In this document: one piece after another, positions 51,721 to 64,000 of the stretch
Layout of the letters: each line of letters opens with the position of its first letter
Numbering within the stretch: the stretch's first letter is position 1
Assembly (NCBI GenBank): GCA_030141605.1
Contig: JAQGDQ010000062.1
Coordinates: 496,001 to 560,000 of the forward strand
Reading direction: 5' to 3'
From: Tubiluchus corallicola
Taxonomy: Eukaryota > Animalia > Priapulida
Length of the DNA: 64,000 nucleotides
Position numbers and translations under genes: made by a program
Notes under the pieces: model-generated
The model's database searches: none
What the model was told of the DNA's origin: nothing
The model's input: only the letters and a program-made list of their open reading frames with translations

Positions 51721-53051
51721 ATTCAGTTTCGTGGTTTAAGGGTTAGATGTCGCAAAGTCGGCTTGGCTCGCATTCTGTGCTTGCATCTCGGTGATTTTAT
51801 TGGTACATGTACATGTATGTCTCTAACTGTGGAGTTCACACAGTTTGCAGTGTGAATTCTATTTAATCCGTCTAACATAGCGAACATTTCAGTTTGACTA
51901 ACAACAAACTTTGAGTCCCTATCAAAGTCAGTGGCGTAGAATACTAGATTAGCATCTTAGTCATCTAATTTTCTTAGAGCCGTAAAAATGTTTTCTAAAT
52001 TAAACTGGCTAGCCGTTTTAGTGATGAATCATGCCTATTCTGAACACGGCCAATCAGATCGTTGCCTGTAGACTGCCATAATATTTATTTGTTATGAAAA
52101 ATTTCACATGTGTGAAAGTTACCTACAGCAGCTTGCATGAGCTAGGGTTAGGGTTATATTTCGAGATAATTATTTTAAACTATATGTATTTTTACCTCTG
52201 CCAAAGAGGTTATATTTTCAACGCTTATTGTTTATCTGGTCGTGTTTATGTACAATTGACGACATCAGAAACTAACATATTTTTTAACATCAAAAAGGTT
52301 CCACGAGCGTGTTGCGCGTGTTTGAGAAAGCGCAAATTGAAGTAAAAGATACAGTGTGTTGTACTAAAACTAGACAAGTTTTAAGATAAAAATTCAAATT
52401 CCAAATTTACCGCTGTGCTCACGCATGAGCTGACTGTCGAGCGTGTGCAGTTCACAAACTAACACACCTGAAGTGAGAGATACAGCACCTGTTTTTTGTG
52501 CAATGCTTTTCCGAAATGCAAGCGCTAGTGTCCGCCTAACTAGCGGATGGTGAAATGCATCTAACAGCGAAGAACTAGTGGCGCGAATGCGAAATTGTGT
52601 TTGTGTGGTGATAATTCTTTCAGGTAAGTCATTTTTGAAAAAAATAGTATGTTTCCTTTCAATATTTTAAAGAGTAGATTGTTCTGACCTACAGTTTAAG
52701 ATTGGGTCCGGTTTTGCTTTAAACTGACTTGATAACCAATTATATATTAACTGTTTAGGTATGAAAGAAACAAATAAATCGAATTTTGAAATACTGTAAT
52801 CTTTAGCAATATCTCAGCAGTTGTAGGTCGTCTAATTATAACTAAATATGCCATGACATCCTTCTGCATATTTTATCGGAATGTCATCGTTACTTACGTA
52901 TAGGTGTGTAGGCCTATATATGCATGTCTATTTATATTTAAACTTTACTTTCCTGCTGGGCTTTTGCACTTATGTTTTAGGCCTTATTTGGAAATGTGTG
53001 GCCAGTGCGAATCACAATTATAATACAGTATTTCATTTGCTATGTTACAAA

Positions 53052-53473
53052 TTAGCAAACGTAAGCAGGGCCAGTAGGACACAAACAGAGGAAGGACGTA
53101 GGACTAGCTAAACTGGTGTAACATGTCCCACCATTGCCGCACGGATTCAAGTCACAAACTCGACGGCAACGAAATCTGGAATGGCGGCTTGTACGAGGAA
53201 CAGACGGCAAATAATTGTTGTAAGGATCATGTGCATTTTTGTAAGCGACATTTCCTCGGTATGCATATATATAGTCATTGTATTCGTCATTTCGGATTAG
53301 ATGTGGTGGCAAAAAGTCCGTTTCATCATGACTATATACAATACGAGCATCACGAAAAGCGAATGTGCCAGCATTACAGACGCATCTACGAATGCCAAAA
53401 TACGGATCAGTCCTGCAGGTGGCATCTGTTGGACATTGTCTATTATCCATGCAGTCGAATCCAGTAGACCTAG
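53052..53473 (-). CDS. Cys-rich extracellular-protein exon (EB-like module plus EGF-like domain); rest of the gene not found, possibly pseudogenic
   Basis: Acceptor TTTCAG just upstream of 53473. Frame reads STGFDCMDNRQCPTDATC..RRCVCNAG ... CRRVCDLNPCGNGGTCYTSLASPTSFLCLCPTGPAYVC*. The EGF pattern C-x3-PC-x-NGGTC...C-x-C is clear. Confidence 0.6.
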
Positions 53474-54110
53474 CTGAAATAGTGCAAACATATTACGGTA
53501 AGTATAACTACTTCGCAAATCACGTTTCTCTAATCTTATAATGAAGTCCAACTTTTAATATTTTAACCACGAATGATACGTTCGAGAAATTTTGTTAGAA
53601 TTACAAATTTGTTATAAAAAGTTTTCTTATACCAAAATCTAAGAGAGGTATACAAGAAAATATTTATTATAAAGAAATAAATCAAAATGTAAAGTATAGA
53701 AGAAAGTATTTTCAATAAATATGTATCTTGACATATACGCATTTTAATTTTTACAGTTACGTTAATTTTGTGAATCAGTTTGAATAATTACATAATTGAT
53801 TATAGCATATTATATTTTACAGCACGAAGATGCAGAACAAACTGCAGACCGTTAATGATTTTAAGTGACAAATCTGTTAAGCAAATGCGCGTATTATGAT
53901 GAGGGTCTATTGCATTATTGCATGACAGACGTATGAACCATGTAATGCTCAGCAGTACGGAACATGTGTCGTTGAAAAATTACTGCAATGTTTTTCATGA
54001 TGGTCAACATAGCACAGCCAAAATCTTAATTACACCATTTAAAAAACTGAAGAAGAGGTATTGAAGGGAGTTTGGCGAATGAAAACCTATTTACGTTGGA
54101 TTTCAAAAGT

Positions 54111-54271
<161 letters not shown>

Positions 54272-54589
54272 GTTTGTTCTTGCTCGATGCCACGATCAAT
54301 CAATCCGCGATCACTAATCAATCGTTTCTATACATGGAGAAACAAAAAATAATCAAAGAACTAAGGTAAAAAAAGTTATTGCCAGAATCTGATTCGTCTA
54401 TTGTAAGCAGATATTTTAAATGTGAAATCAGTGATGTAACTACGCACCCACAGGCCCAAAAGTTGTGGGTGGGCCCACGAAAAAAAGGGGCCCTGAAGAA
54501 GAAAGAATTGATCACATTTGACAGCGATTTAGCTTATAGATTTATCCTTATCCAAAACACGGTTGTAAAATATGAAGAACAGTGATTAC

Positions 54590-57500
54590 AATTTACCAGT
54601 CTATTAAACTATCAGAAAATGCTAACTCTAACGTAAAAAGTATTTGGAAAATATTAAATCAGATTTGAAGAAAAACTGCCAAAAAGAAAGCTATCCAAAT
54701 TTCGTTGAACACGATGGCAAACTAGTTAACGACAAAAGTAAATTTGTTAACCAGCTTAATATTTTTTTGTGAATGTAGGTACTAAACTGGCCGGTAATAT
54801 TCCAAAACCAAAAAACGGCCGCAATCTTTATGAATATTTGCATTTTAATGAGCGGAGTGAGTTTCTGAACGCAGTAGAAGAGGAAGAAGTAATTAAAGTC
54901 ACTAAAAGTTTTTGAAGATAAAAAGCCAACGGATGTAAATGACGTAGAAATGTCAGTTATAAAAGTATAATCAACTGCACTGTGAAACCGCTCGTTCACA
55001 TTTACAATCGAGCATTCTGCACCGGCATTTTTTCAGAAAACATAAAATCAGGGACGGTAATGCCGTTCACAAAGTAGGTTTTCACTAATTGACTAGTTGC
55101 TTTGCTCTTGCAGTTATCAGAAATTTTCGAAAAATTGTTTGTGTTGCGTTCAGATAACTTTATTGACAAATGCAATTTACTTAGTAGTAGCGAGTATGGT
55201 TTTGGATCTCACGGATCCACTGCCCTAGCTTTGCTTGATTTAATAGAAGAAATTACTACTGCCAATGGCAAAAAATGTTGTACCCATAGACTTGAAGCGA
55301 TTTGATGCGATTGATCATTAGCTACTTGTAAAGGAATTAGGGACGTGTGGAATAAGAGGTACTGCACAAGATTAGGTAAACAGCTACTTATAAGAGAGAA
55401 AAGAGGACAGTAAAGGCAGTACAAATTGTTTTTGTATTATTTCCGTAGCCAGATGGCAGCACCGTGCAGCATTCGGTTTAAAGAGCTCAATAAGCGCACA
55501 ACAACATTCCACAATAATTATAAAAATCACGCAAAAGTTTTTTAATGCGGAAGGAAGTTTTAGTTATTGTAAACGCTGCAAAACCCTTTTCAAGATAAAG
55601 TAAACCTGCAGGAGAATGAATTGTGAACAAAACTTCGTGTCCTTTCGCAGCATTTACAGGCATTTTATACGCCTGTGCGAAGAGTGCGCATGCCTTATCA
55701 AGACGAAAGAGTAATTTTGTCACATTGTTATTTGATTTAGTTCTAGTCATTCAATTACAAATTGTTTTAACATTGGGTAAACATAATAACGACCTATTTT
55801 TGTATGCTAATTCTAGCTAAAACTAGGTACTCATTTCTTGTTTCTATAAACGATGGTAAATATTGCTCTTTAGGCCGTTTAGGACAAACAACTTTTTCGC
55901 TGGTTTGTTTACGTTTCATCTGTAAGAGACGTCGATGGTCCTATATAGCTCCATCTTTTTGCAATTCTGGAATGCTATAAATGCGTAAAATTTTTAAGAG
56001 CCACCTGGTCTAGGTCAGATCTACCATATTGATTTCATCATCGTTGCCAGATTGGTAAGACGTATTTTTTATTATGTAGCAACTATGCCTAAAATTGTGT
56101 CAAAAAAAACCCGTCCACCCAACACAGCTGGTCACCATTATTTGTTGCATAATTACACCTGCATTCGAAATGAGCGAAGATTTCAAAATAAGTGATATTT
56201 TTTTACGTATATGACGAGGGGCATATTAGCCCACTTGCTAAACCGTTGCACGGTACATGTATGTGTCATGCATTAAAATATTTTTACATGTATTTAACTT
56301 ATGTTGAACCACTCAAAGCCAGACTGTTGTAAAACAGAAAGGTAACTGTTATTTTTTTATATATAATAATGAATCTAATTACTTGAAAGTGATTTATGAC
56401 ATTCCACAGGGATCGATTTTGGGTCCAAATTTGCTCATTCTCTGCGATATAATATATGTGATGTATCAAAATCGTTAAAGTTTATGTTATCTGCTGATAA
56501 CCCGACAACATTTTCAGCTGGAAAAAATCTAAAATAGCTCTGTAGAAAAGTAAGTTCCGAACTAGACAAATAAAGCGATCCGTTCGCAATAAACAAATCA
56601 TCATTAAGTTTAAACTAAATAAGCTTCGTGTTATTTAGCATCAGGAAAAGTAATGTAACGGGTGTCGGCATTACTATTAATGGAATGCGCTTTGAAAGAG
56701 TATATGTCACTCAATTGTTTGGAGCACAGACTGAGCACAAATTGAACATACTATGATGATTATCAAATCGAAATTGTCTAAAAAGCATAGCAATACTTTG
56801 TAAAGTTAAACCTATTTTAAGTCAGGAATCATTGTATACCCTGTATTCCTTAATTAATTATGCCATATCTCTATTATTGTTCTGAAATATGGGTTAATAC
56901 ATATATTACAAATGTAAAACCAGTGTATAGGCCTACATATTACAAAAGAGAGCTAAAATTAGCAAAGTTGGTTATTATGACCATACTAATCAATTGCTTT
57001 GTAAAGCTAGCACAAGAAAACCTTCCACTTACATAATGCTTAAAGAATTCGTCTTGAAATTACGCTTTTATACCGCTTGTATACTGCCTTTTTGCACACA
57101 GGTCTTGCGTCGGCAGTAACGCATGTAAGTTTAATCTCCCGCGATGACAGTTAGACGCAGGCTTTTGACGATAAGTCATTTGAAACGAGTTTAGATAACA
57201 CCGAGTTTCTAAGTAAAATTTTAAGTTACTGCATCTTATCAATAAGATTAAAAATACGTTTTTGGTTAGTGAGTGGTGCCCCCTGGATGTGAGTCAACGA
57301 CATTTTACCAGTTGGTTTTAAATAATTAATAATTTTGTTTTCTAGTTACATAAATCTTTTAAACAGGTAAGCGAAATGCTAAGTAATATAATTTTGCATG
57401 AAAGTTTTGCATGGGACATAGTTTAACATTTCGTTTTTTACCTTGGTTTGGGTTGTGAGTATATGACGTCATGTAATGACGCGGCCGGAACAGACATGCG

Positions 57501-58150
57501 AGAAATTTAAACGCAAACAAGCAAAAAATCCTTTCAACGCGAATACGATATACGCATAAAGTTACTATATAGTAATATAATTTTTAAGGCGATTTTTCTG
57601 AAGCCTATTTGAGGTACCCCTTTTTCTTGTCCTTTAAAGCTAAATGATTTGGTAAATCAGTTTCCTGAAAAAATACTTGACCAGAATATGTGCAAAAAGT
57701 GAATCGTACGAACGTCAGAAGAAAAAAATATCTGCGTGCGTGTTTTGGGCAGCTGAAGCCACGGAATGGCCTAAAGAGTGAAATTGAACCAAGTAAAAGC
57801 ATTTGCATGTTGAAAAAACTTTTAAATTGGCAGCTATCAAAAGCTATGAACGCAAAAATAAACGGTTTTAAAAATATCGTGCAAACCATTTAGTCTAAAA
57901 TGCAATTTTGGAAGGAAAATCTAATTTAATATATAATATGTAGTGTAATGTATAATGTAGTGTAACATGTATATGCGATTTACATGCATATGTGCGTGTG
58001 TGTGATGTAATGTGTAGTGTAACGTATAAACTGTAACTGAAGAATAGTAATGTCGAAAATTAGCTTTGTGGATAGGTTAACGATAACTAAAAGGGGAAGG
58101 AAAATATGAGTTTTTACTTCATCCTCTTCTTTTCTTGAGTGCTTTTTATT
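54590..58150 (+). mobile_element. Decayed L2/CR1-group LINE (Crack/Daphne-like) interrupted by later insertions
   Basis: Segment 54590-55400: KSIWKILN, FVNVGTKLA, EEEVIKV, VKPLVHIYN..TGIF, IFEKL, EYGF..STALALLDLIEEIT. Segment 56360-57005: DIPQGSILGPNL, KFMLSADN, YCSEIW.NTY, YDHTNQL. A 3' stem-loop-like tail aaggggaagg...cttcatcctcttct lies at about 58091-58130. Confidence 0.75.
55410..56355. mobile_element. Non-autonomous DNA-element insertion nested in the LINE (possibly Kolobok-like)
   Basis: LINE homology stops after SYL..RK (about 55400) and resumes near 56360. Ends AAAGGCAGTAC..TGTTTT and AAAACAG..GTAACTGTTATTT are weakly inverted. AGATGGCAGCAC motif near the left end. Confidence 0.4.
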
Positions 58151-58239
58151 GTAGTTTTACTGCTTCACATGTATGCAGAGATTTTCCAGGTCATTTGTCT
58201 GTCTATAGTAAGCAGAAAACACTGATCGAAGATGCTTTC

Positions 58240-59380
58240 ATTGATAATTGTTAAGCTGGCTATTTTACGTGTGGTAGCAGCTCAGTTACTCAATCACGTA
58301 GTCTCTAGTAAAATTAGTGAAATATTCAGTCTGCTTTTCGCGAGCACTGCAGTACCGAAACTACATTGCTTCGCTTTCAAAATTGACATCTTATTGGCTA
58401 TTGATAAGAAACTAGTCGTCTGCTTGGTACAGCTAAATATTAGTGTGGCCATCGATACAATCGATCACCAAATACTACTTCATAGACTCCAAAGCTGTTT
58501 AGGATTTTCAGGAACGGTGCCAAGTTGATTTTGCTCGTATCTGACTGATTGGTCGCATTGTATTCGATTAGGTAATGCAAATTCGTCTACGGTAGAAATG
58601 CGTCATAGTGTGACCCATGGGTTTAGGACCCATGCTATAGGCAATTATATCCTACCACTAGGAGATCTCATACCTAATCTCATACGTAATACGGATCTCA
58701 TTTTTATGCTGATGATAGACAACTTTACGTTTCCATTCAGCCAAACAATCTTACTTCTCAATATGACACAAAAGTTAACTTGAAAAGTCGTTAGAAAACG
58801 CATCTTGGATGGTAATCAATAAGACCGGATTTGGTCACCTGGTCAATAATCAAAAACTGCTTTAGAGTCCAAAATGCTTCAGCTCGCGTACTCAGCCATT
58901 GCAAGAAATTCTGTTATATAACACCCATTCTCTTGGAAGTACTTGGCTTCCAGTCCGTCAGAGAATTAAATTTAAATTTTTTCTACTAAAGTAAAAATGG
59001 ATGAATGGGCTTGCTCCCAGTGGTTTAGCTGAGTTTTTACTAGCTTACACACCATCACGCCGATTAAGGTTAAACGGTACTAATACCTTAATTCAATCTA
59101 GAACTAGTCTTATTTCAGTTGATGATAGACCATTTTCCAGTGCTGCCCTTCGTTTATGGTATGTGCTTTCAGATGAGCTCAAAATTAAAATTAAAATATT
59201 TGTTTTAACTTTTCGTTATACAACTGTATACAACTCAGTAATGTTACTCTTTTAAGCATTTACGTAATCGTGTTTTCTTTAAAATATGGTTTGTAAATTT
59301 TTTGTGAATTTTAAATGTTTGTACGCCAAAAGAGCATTTTTTATGGATTTTAGGCAATAAAATTACAATTTATTATTAAT
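58240..59380 (+). mobile_element. Decayed L2-clade LINE, RT region to 3' end
   Basis: DILLAID..LVQLNISVAIDTIDHQILLHRL..GFSGTV, RVQNASARVL, WLPVRQRIKFK, MNGLAPSGLAEFL..YTPSRRLR, DRPFSSAALRLW. L2-type 3' tail gagcatt..ggatttt..aataaa..ttattatt. Confidence 0.88.
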
Positions 59381-60371
59381 TATGCATCGTATCTTGTTGA
59401 GTTGATGTTATATTTCGATGACCGTGACAACATTTGAGGGTGAAGTATGACTAAACTTCTGTTAGTCATCAAAAGAAAGGCAAAGATAAAGTGAAGGGAA
59501 ATTACGGAATGTTTTGCTGCTAGTTGTTTGTACAACAGCACAACTTTGCTTTCTTTAGTGTGAAAGCCGGATATAGTGTACATGTATGAGTTTTTTATAG
59601 TTTACATTTAAATACAACCAAGTGATTATTCAGCAGTTTCAACTTCTGCTATTACGAGGCAGATGAAGTCGCGACTTGAAGCACTGGGAACATGAAATGT
59701 AATAATACAAGGATTTTTGTTAATACAGCATGAGCACAATGAGCAATTGTTGTGCTTGATGTTACAGTTGCCCATATAGAATATGAACAGGGGCAGTACA
59801 GCACATTTTCAAATGCCAATCCTATAATATATACATGAAATCTATATCTAGCCGGACTACATATACTTCAACTATAACCCGTTCATTGCATTGCATTTTC
59901 TTCTTCGGGCACAATGCGCTTAAACGGGACGAAGTGTAATGAGGCGCCTCCGGATTGAATCATATCCAGAGCCGCGCATATATAGGTTAGTCCCTCCCTT
60001 ACGCAAAACTTAGTGGTCATGTAGGCTCTTGAAGGAGACGCCTGTCTTTTGTGCATTGTTGTGTAGGCCTATATAGCTGTAAATACGTGCTTAACAAATG
60101 TTGTCGCTAAATATTCGCGAGAAACGTAGGGAACAACAATTTTCTTCTTTTTTGTTAATGTGGAATTATTTGGCAATTAGGCGGAGGAGTTGGGAACTAC
60201 TTACTTAGCAGACGGAAAGAAAGCCACTTTTGTGTTAAATTTTTTTACAGAGTTTGGTGTTATTTTGTAGCTTTATAAGTTTTAATAAAAGCATATAGAG
60301 TTCTGATGAATCCATGTGTCTGAAGCATTTCTTTTCGCCTGCCTGCGTTTGTTGTTTACAGGTCGTCTGTC

Positions 60372-60514
60372 TTGTTTGAAACAAGCGCTTACCTGGATAT
60401 CAGAGGGGGGGGGGCGCCCATTTAGCCCCGCACGAAGGTAAAGTTGTTTGAAACAAGCGCTTACCTGGATATCAGAGGGGAGACGCCCATTTCTCCCCTC
60501 ACAAAGGTAAAGTT
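60372..60514. repeat. Two tandem ~72-bp copies with GC-rich hairpins
   Basis: TTGTTTGAAACAAGCGCTTACCTGGATATCAGAGGGG at 60372 and 60444. Copy 2 has the stem GAGGGGAGA/TCTCCCCTC. Confidence 0.9.
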
Positions 60515-61149
60515 TTTTGTTAAATTTAATCATCAATGACTAATGGTAGAAGTGCTACTCGGAACGTAAAAGGAGGGCATTTTCTATAAATGCTATTGTA
60601 CTACTATGACGTCATACGGAGCTTTGTTGTTCTAATAGAATTTGAATATGTATGTTGCTTGTCCATATAATTATCTTCGTGTCTGTACCATGGTATTAAG
60701 ATGAAATATTGCTGCAATTTGTTCTTAATCAATTACCGAGTTTTGTATTTATCGCAAGAAAAATGTAAAACTGTTATGTCAATAAACGATTTACTTTAAT
60801 GTTTGATTTTGGTTATCATTGTTTTACTAAATGAAATCGAACAAATAACTATTTTATTTGTAAATTGTTCCTAAATTGGTTGCCAACTTATTTTATACTA
60901 GTTTAAAGAAATACTGAAACTGTTATGTCGATAATAATTTACGTGAATGTCGGATCTTAACTATTCCTTGATATGCACTGTATACTATTATAATTGTCAT
61001 TTTGCAACTACTATTTCATTTATTGTCTTGTGTTTATGCATTTTACTGTAACTAACATATTGGACATTTATGTAAACTATAGTTGTATCATGTATGTAAC
61101 CATTTTTAAAAATGATCAAGTACAAAATGAATTCTTACTCTTACTCGGA

Positions 61150-61570
61150 TCTCTTCCTTTGGGGCTGAAATCTTTAGCGTTATTCTGAACATCGAGATTC
61201 AATAAAGCACTTGACAAAGTGCGGCATGTGACTTCATATTCAAGTTAAAGCAGTAGGCCCTTAGGAGTATGCGAAAAATTTTGTTTCAGTTTGAGTCATC
61301 TTGAGTTCAGTTTTTGTTGTACTGTCCAGTGTCCGTTGTATCAGCACGTTAGGATTGTCATGTTTGATAAATTTGATGAAATTCTGCTACCTGTGCTACC
61401 TGAAAACCCTAATGTAACCGCGTTAGGAAGTAATGATCTGTTGAACTTGTTATTGTTTAGAAATGATGACTCTAATTATGTTGTTAATTGTAAAATATTT
61501 CTGGGAGAACATGACTTTATACTTCGCACCTAACGTTTCCATCGAATTTCCGTTAATCAATTTATTATTT
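61150..61570 (+). mobile_element. Internally deleted CR1-like LINE fragment
   Basis: KALDKVRH (an AFDKVWH-like RT motif) is joined to the C-terminal QCPLYQHVR...LLNLLLF...NCKIFL...FILRT.RF typical of invertebrate CR1 ORF2 ends. Confidence 0.65.
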
Positions 61571-61696
61571 ATTTTAATAATTTGTAGATTAACATTTTAA
61601 ACTGTCCTTATTATTTATATCAAATGCAATCTTGATAAACGTGTTGTCCGCTTGTATAGTAACAGCTATTCTTATAAATCGTCATATTTTGTGTAA

Positions 61697-63052
61697 ACTC
61701 GTTTCCCAGAAAAGCTTTGGCCAGAAAACTTTTTTGTCAGAAAATTTTCTTGCTCAACAAAAAAATTCACGGAAAAAATTTTTTCCTTCCCAGAAATTTT
61801 TTCCCCAGAATTGTAATTTCGCAGAAAATGCAATAAATCGTTTTAAATGCATAGTTAGATGATACGCAAATAGTAGTTTGTTTAACTACTTTTATTGATT
61901 AATAGGAATCATATGATAAAAAAATTGGCAAACTCGTTAGAGCAAGAAAGTGGATTTGTAACGTTAGAACGATTAGGTAGCGAATCACGTTGACCTTTTT
62001 GCATATACGCAATAGTGAGTAGTCACGGCGTGCGATTGACTACCAAAGTTAAGCAATGCAAAGCCTTAAGTAGTTACTTTTGTTGTGAATCCGAATTTTT
62101 CGTTCGTGTCTTAGTGTTTAGAGAAGATGTACATGCATTTGAATGTGACTGTGATTCTTGAATCAAGATAGGGTCTGGTTATGCCATAAAAGAACCCGTA
62201 AAAAATCTTTATTGGGTAAATGTTGACAAAGGTATTCACAAATCTGTATAGTTCACAAAGCCTTGGTGTTTTCATTTTTTTATAATAGTAATTTATTAAA
62301 CTTTGTTTCAGATCCTATGAAAATCAATTGAATTTGAAGTGATTATACGCAGCAAATGATACAATGCAAATTACTTTGAAAACGCAATTTTCGATAATTT
62401 GAAATTGCAGCCACAAAGTTTTGAAGTAAAAGATTTTTCCGAGACAAAATTAAAAAACAAGTCTGATCCTCTTAAACATTACGTCACCGTCAGTTTAAAT
62501 TATTCTGATTTCTGATTGTCGTTAGTCAAAGTGCAGTAGATTACTAAAGGAGAGTAGAAAGAACGAAAGATAACGAGAGAGGGGTGAAGGAGGGAGGAAA
62601 AAGAGAGAGCGGGAGGGAAAGAGAGAAAATGTGTGTGTGTGTGTGTGCGTGCGTGCATGCGTGCGTGTGTGTGTGAAAGAGAAAGAACGAAAGATAGCGA
62701 GAGAGGGGTGAAGGAGCGAGAAAAAGAGAGAGGAGGTGAGAAAGAGAGAGAGTGTGTATGTGTGTGAGAGAAAGAGGGCGTGTGTGTGAGAGACACAGAC
62801 AGGGAAGGAGAGAAGGAGAGGAAGAGGATGAAAGGGGTAGGAAGGTAAGGAGGGAAAAGCAAAGAGAAAAGAAGATATCGGGGGCTTTATACTACTACTA
62901 CTAAAAAATAGCAGATTTCGCAGCTAAAAAAGTAACCGTGATTTTTCTGTTAAAAAAATCTTTCTCGGGAAGTATTTTTGTGGAAAAAAATTTTCCGGGA
63001 ATTCTTTTCTGGGAAATGGTTTTCTGTGAAAAAAACTTCTTTGAAACGAACC
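61697..63052. mobile_element. Foldback/MULE-like non-autonomous element with inverted subterminal repeat arrays and an internal GA/GT low-complexity tract (about 62560-62880)
   Basis: Left end TCGTTTC is followed by repeated (C)CAGAAA..TTTT units to about 61830. Complementary TTTC(T/C)GGGAA units run from about 62940 and end in GAAACGAACC. Confidence 0.6.
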
Positions 63053-63195
63053 TAAACCGTGTGTGTAATTTGCTAGGTGAGGATGTTAATTCGTGCTATG
63101 AATCTGTCTGATCCAATCCTATAAAAAATTATGTTTAAACTAAATCCAATAAATGCAGGAAAGCAATACTAAATTAGAAAGTTTGCAAAGTCAAA

Positions 63196-63240
63196 CTCCA
63201 CCGGGACTCGAACCCAGGTCTTCTGCTTTTCGGGCAGATA
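63196..63240 (-). pseudogene. tRNA-derived fragment (3' half; SINE head or tRNA pseudogene)
   Basis: Minus strand reads TCTGC-CCGAAAA-GCAGA (anticodon-arm-like), AGAC, CTGGG-TTCGAGT-CCCGG (T-arm with B-box GGTTCGAGTCCC), TGGAG. No D-arm or A-box upstream. Confidence 0.65.
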
Positions 63241-64000
63241 TTTAAGTAAGTGAAACGCTAACTATGTAGCTAACTGAAACGCACAGCAGTGAGTAAGCAG
63301 TGTAAATATTTTATTACATGTTCTGTCATGTCTATTTTTTGTATTATAGATACATTGCGAAAATAAATAATCAAAAATGAAATTAAATAAATCTGAACAG
63401 CGTCTTGATCACGCCAATGAATTCAATGGATATTATAATTCCAATGGTTTATTCACAAATAATGCATAATTATGATTACTCTAAATACATAGTGCGCAAG
63501 TAAAGAGCTATCATGTCTTGACATTTATCGCTAAGTATTAGATGATTCTGCATATCTGCCGAACTTTACCTGCTTTCTCGATCATTGCGGTAACTTATGA
63601 CCAGAGGAATTAAATAATCGGTATTTGTGTCATGTTGTTGACGAAAGTCGGAAAACGGAAAACAAAAAAACCGACATTATCGGTTACACTTTTGGACTGT
63701 AAAAGAATATCGGGCGATTTGCTAAAAATTAAATTCATTCAAGAGCTTATTATTTGCTGTAGGTACAATAAACATAGAATTTGCAAGCTATAGTCATATT
63801 ATGCCTGAAACCTGAGCTTTCAAAAAAAATCGATTCTATGCAATGTTTTAGTGTAGTAACATTAGTGCAACAAAATCCACGTGCAAGTGCTGGGTGACTT
63901 AACTAAATATTAACCTCTAAAATAATAAAATTAAAATTAAAATAAACAATGAGTAAACTTAAAATAATACGTGAGTTGTGTATTGAGAAAGCCAGTGTAC

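Noticed and set aside
62500-62862. 120-aa Ser/Leu/His-rich ORF
   Set aside because: Translation of GA/GT low-complexity sequence inside a repeat element.
63196-63240. Functional tRNA gene
   Set aside because: Only the anticodon-like and T arms are present; there is no D-arm, A-box or acceptor-stem partner.

Overview
AT-rich, intron-containing animal (invertebrate-like) genomic DNA with no prokaryotic features (no CRISPR, rRNA or operons). Manual splicing on GT..AG boundaries with phase checks gives four multi-exon genes: HAX1 (minus, last exon off the left edge), CKS (minus, complete, 79 aa), a SERINC5-like gene (minus, 12 core exons plus 3 probable extra exons giving an unusual ~145-aa C-terminal tail) and DAXX (plus, 8 exons, ~1140 aa, C-terminal SIM). 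There is also a single-exon DUF268/methyltransferase-fold type II membrane gene (minus) and an orphan EB/EGF-like exon. Introns and intergenic DNA hold decayed LINEs and MITEs with readable TIRs and TSDs (hAT, Tc1/pogo, piggyBac), microsatellites and a 14 x 60-bp minisatellite. The most notable signals are the SERINC tail, a five-fold duplicated 5' splice site in DAXX, the DUF268 gene with the array probably in its 3' UTR, and a HAX1-CKS-SERINC5-DAXX linkage reminiscent of the proto-MHC paralogons. All family calls come from recalled motifs, not database searches. I found no firm evidence for a wholly new biological system.
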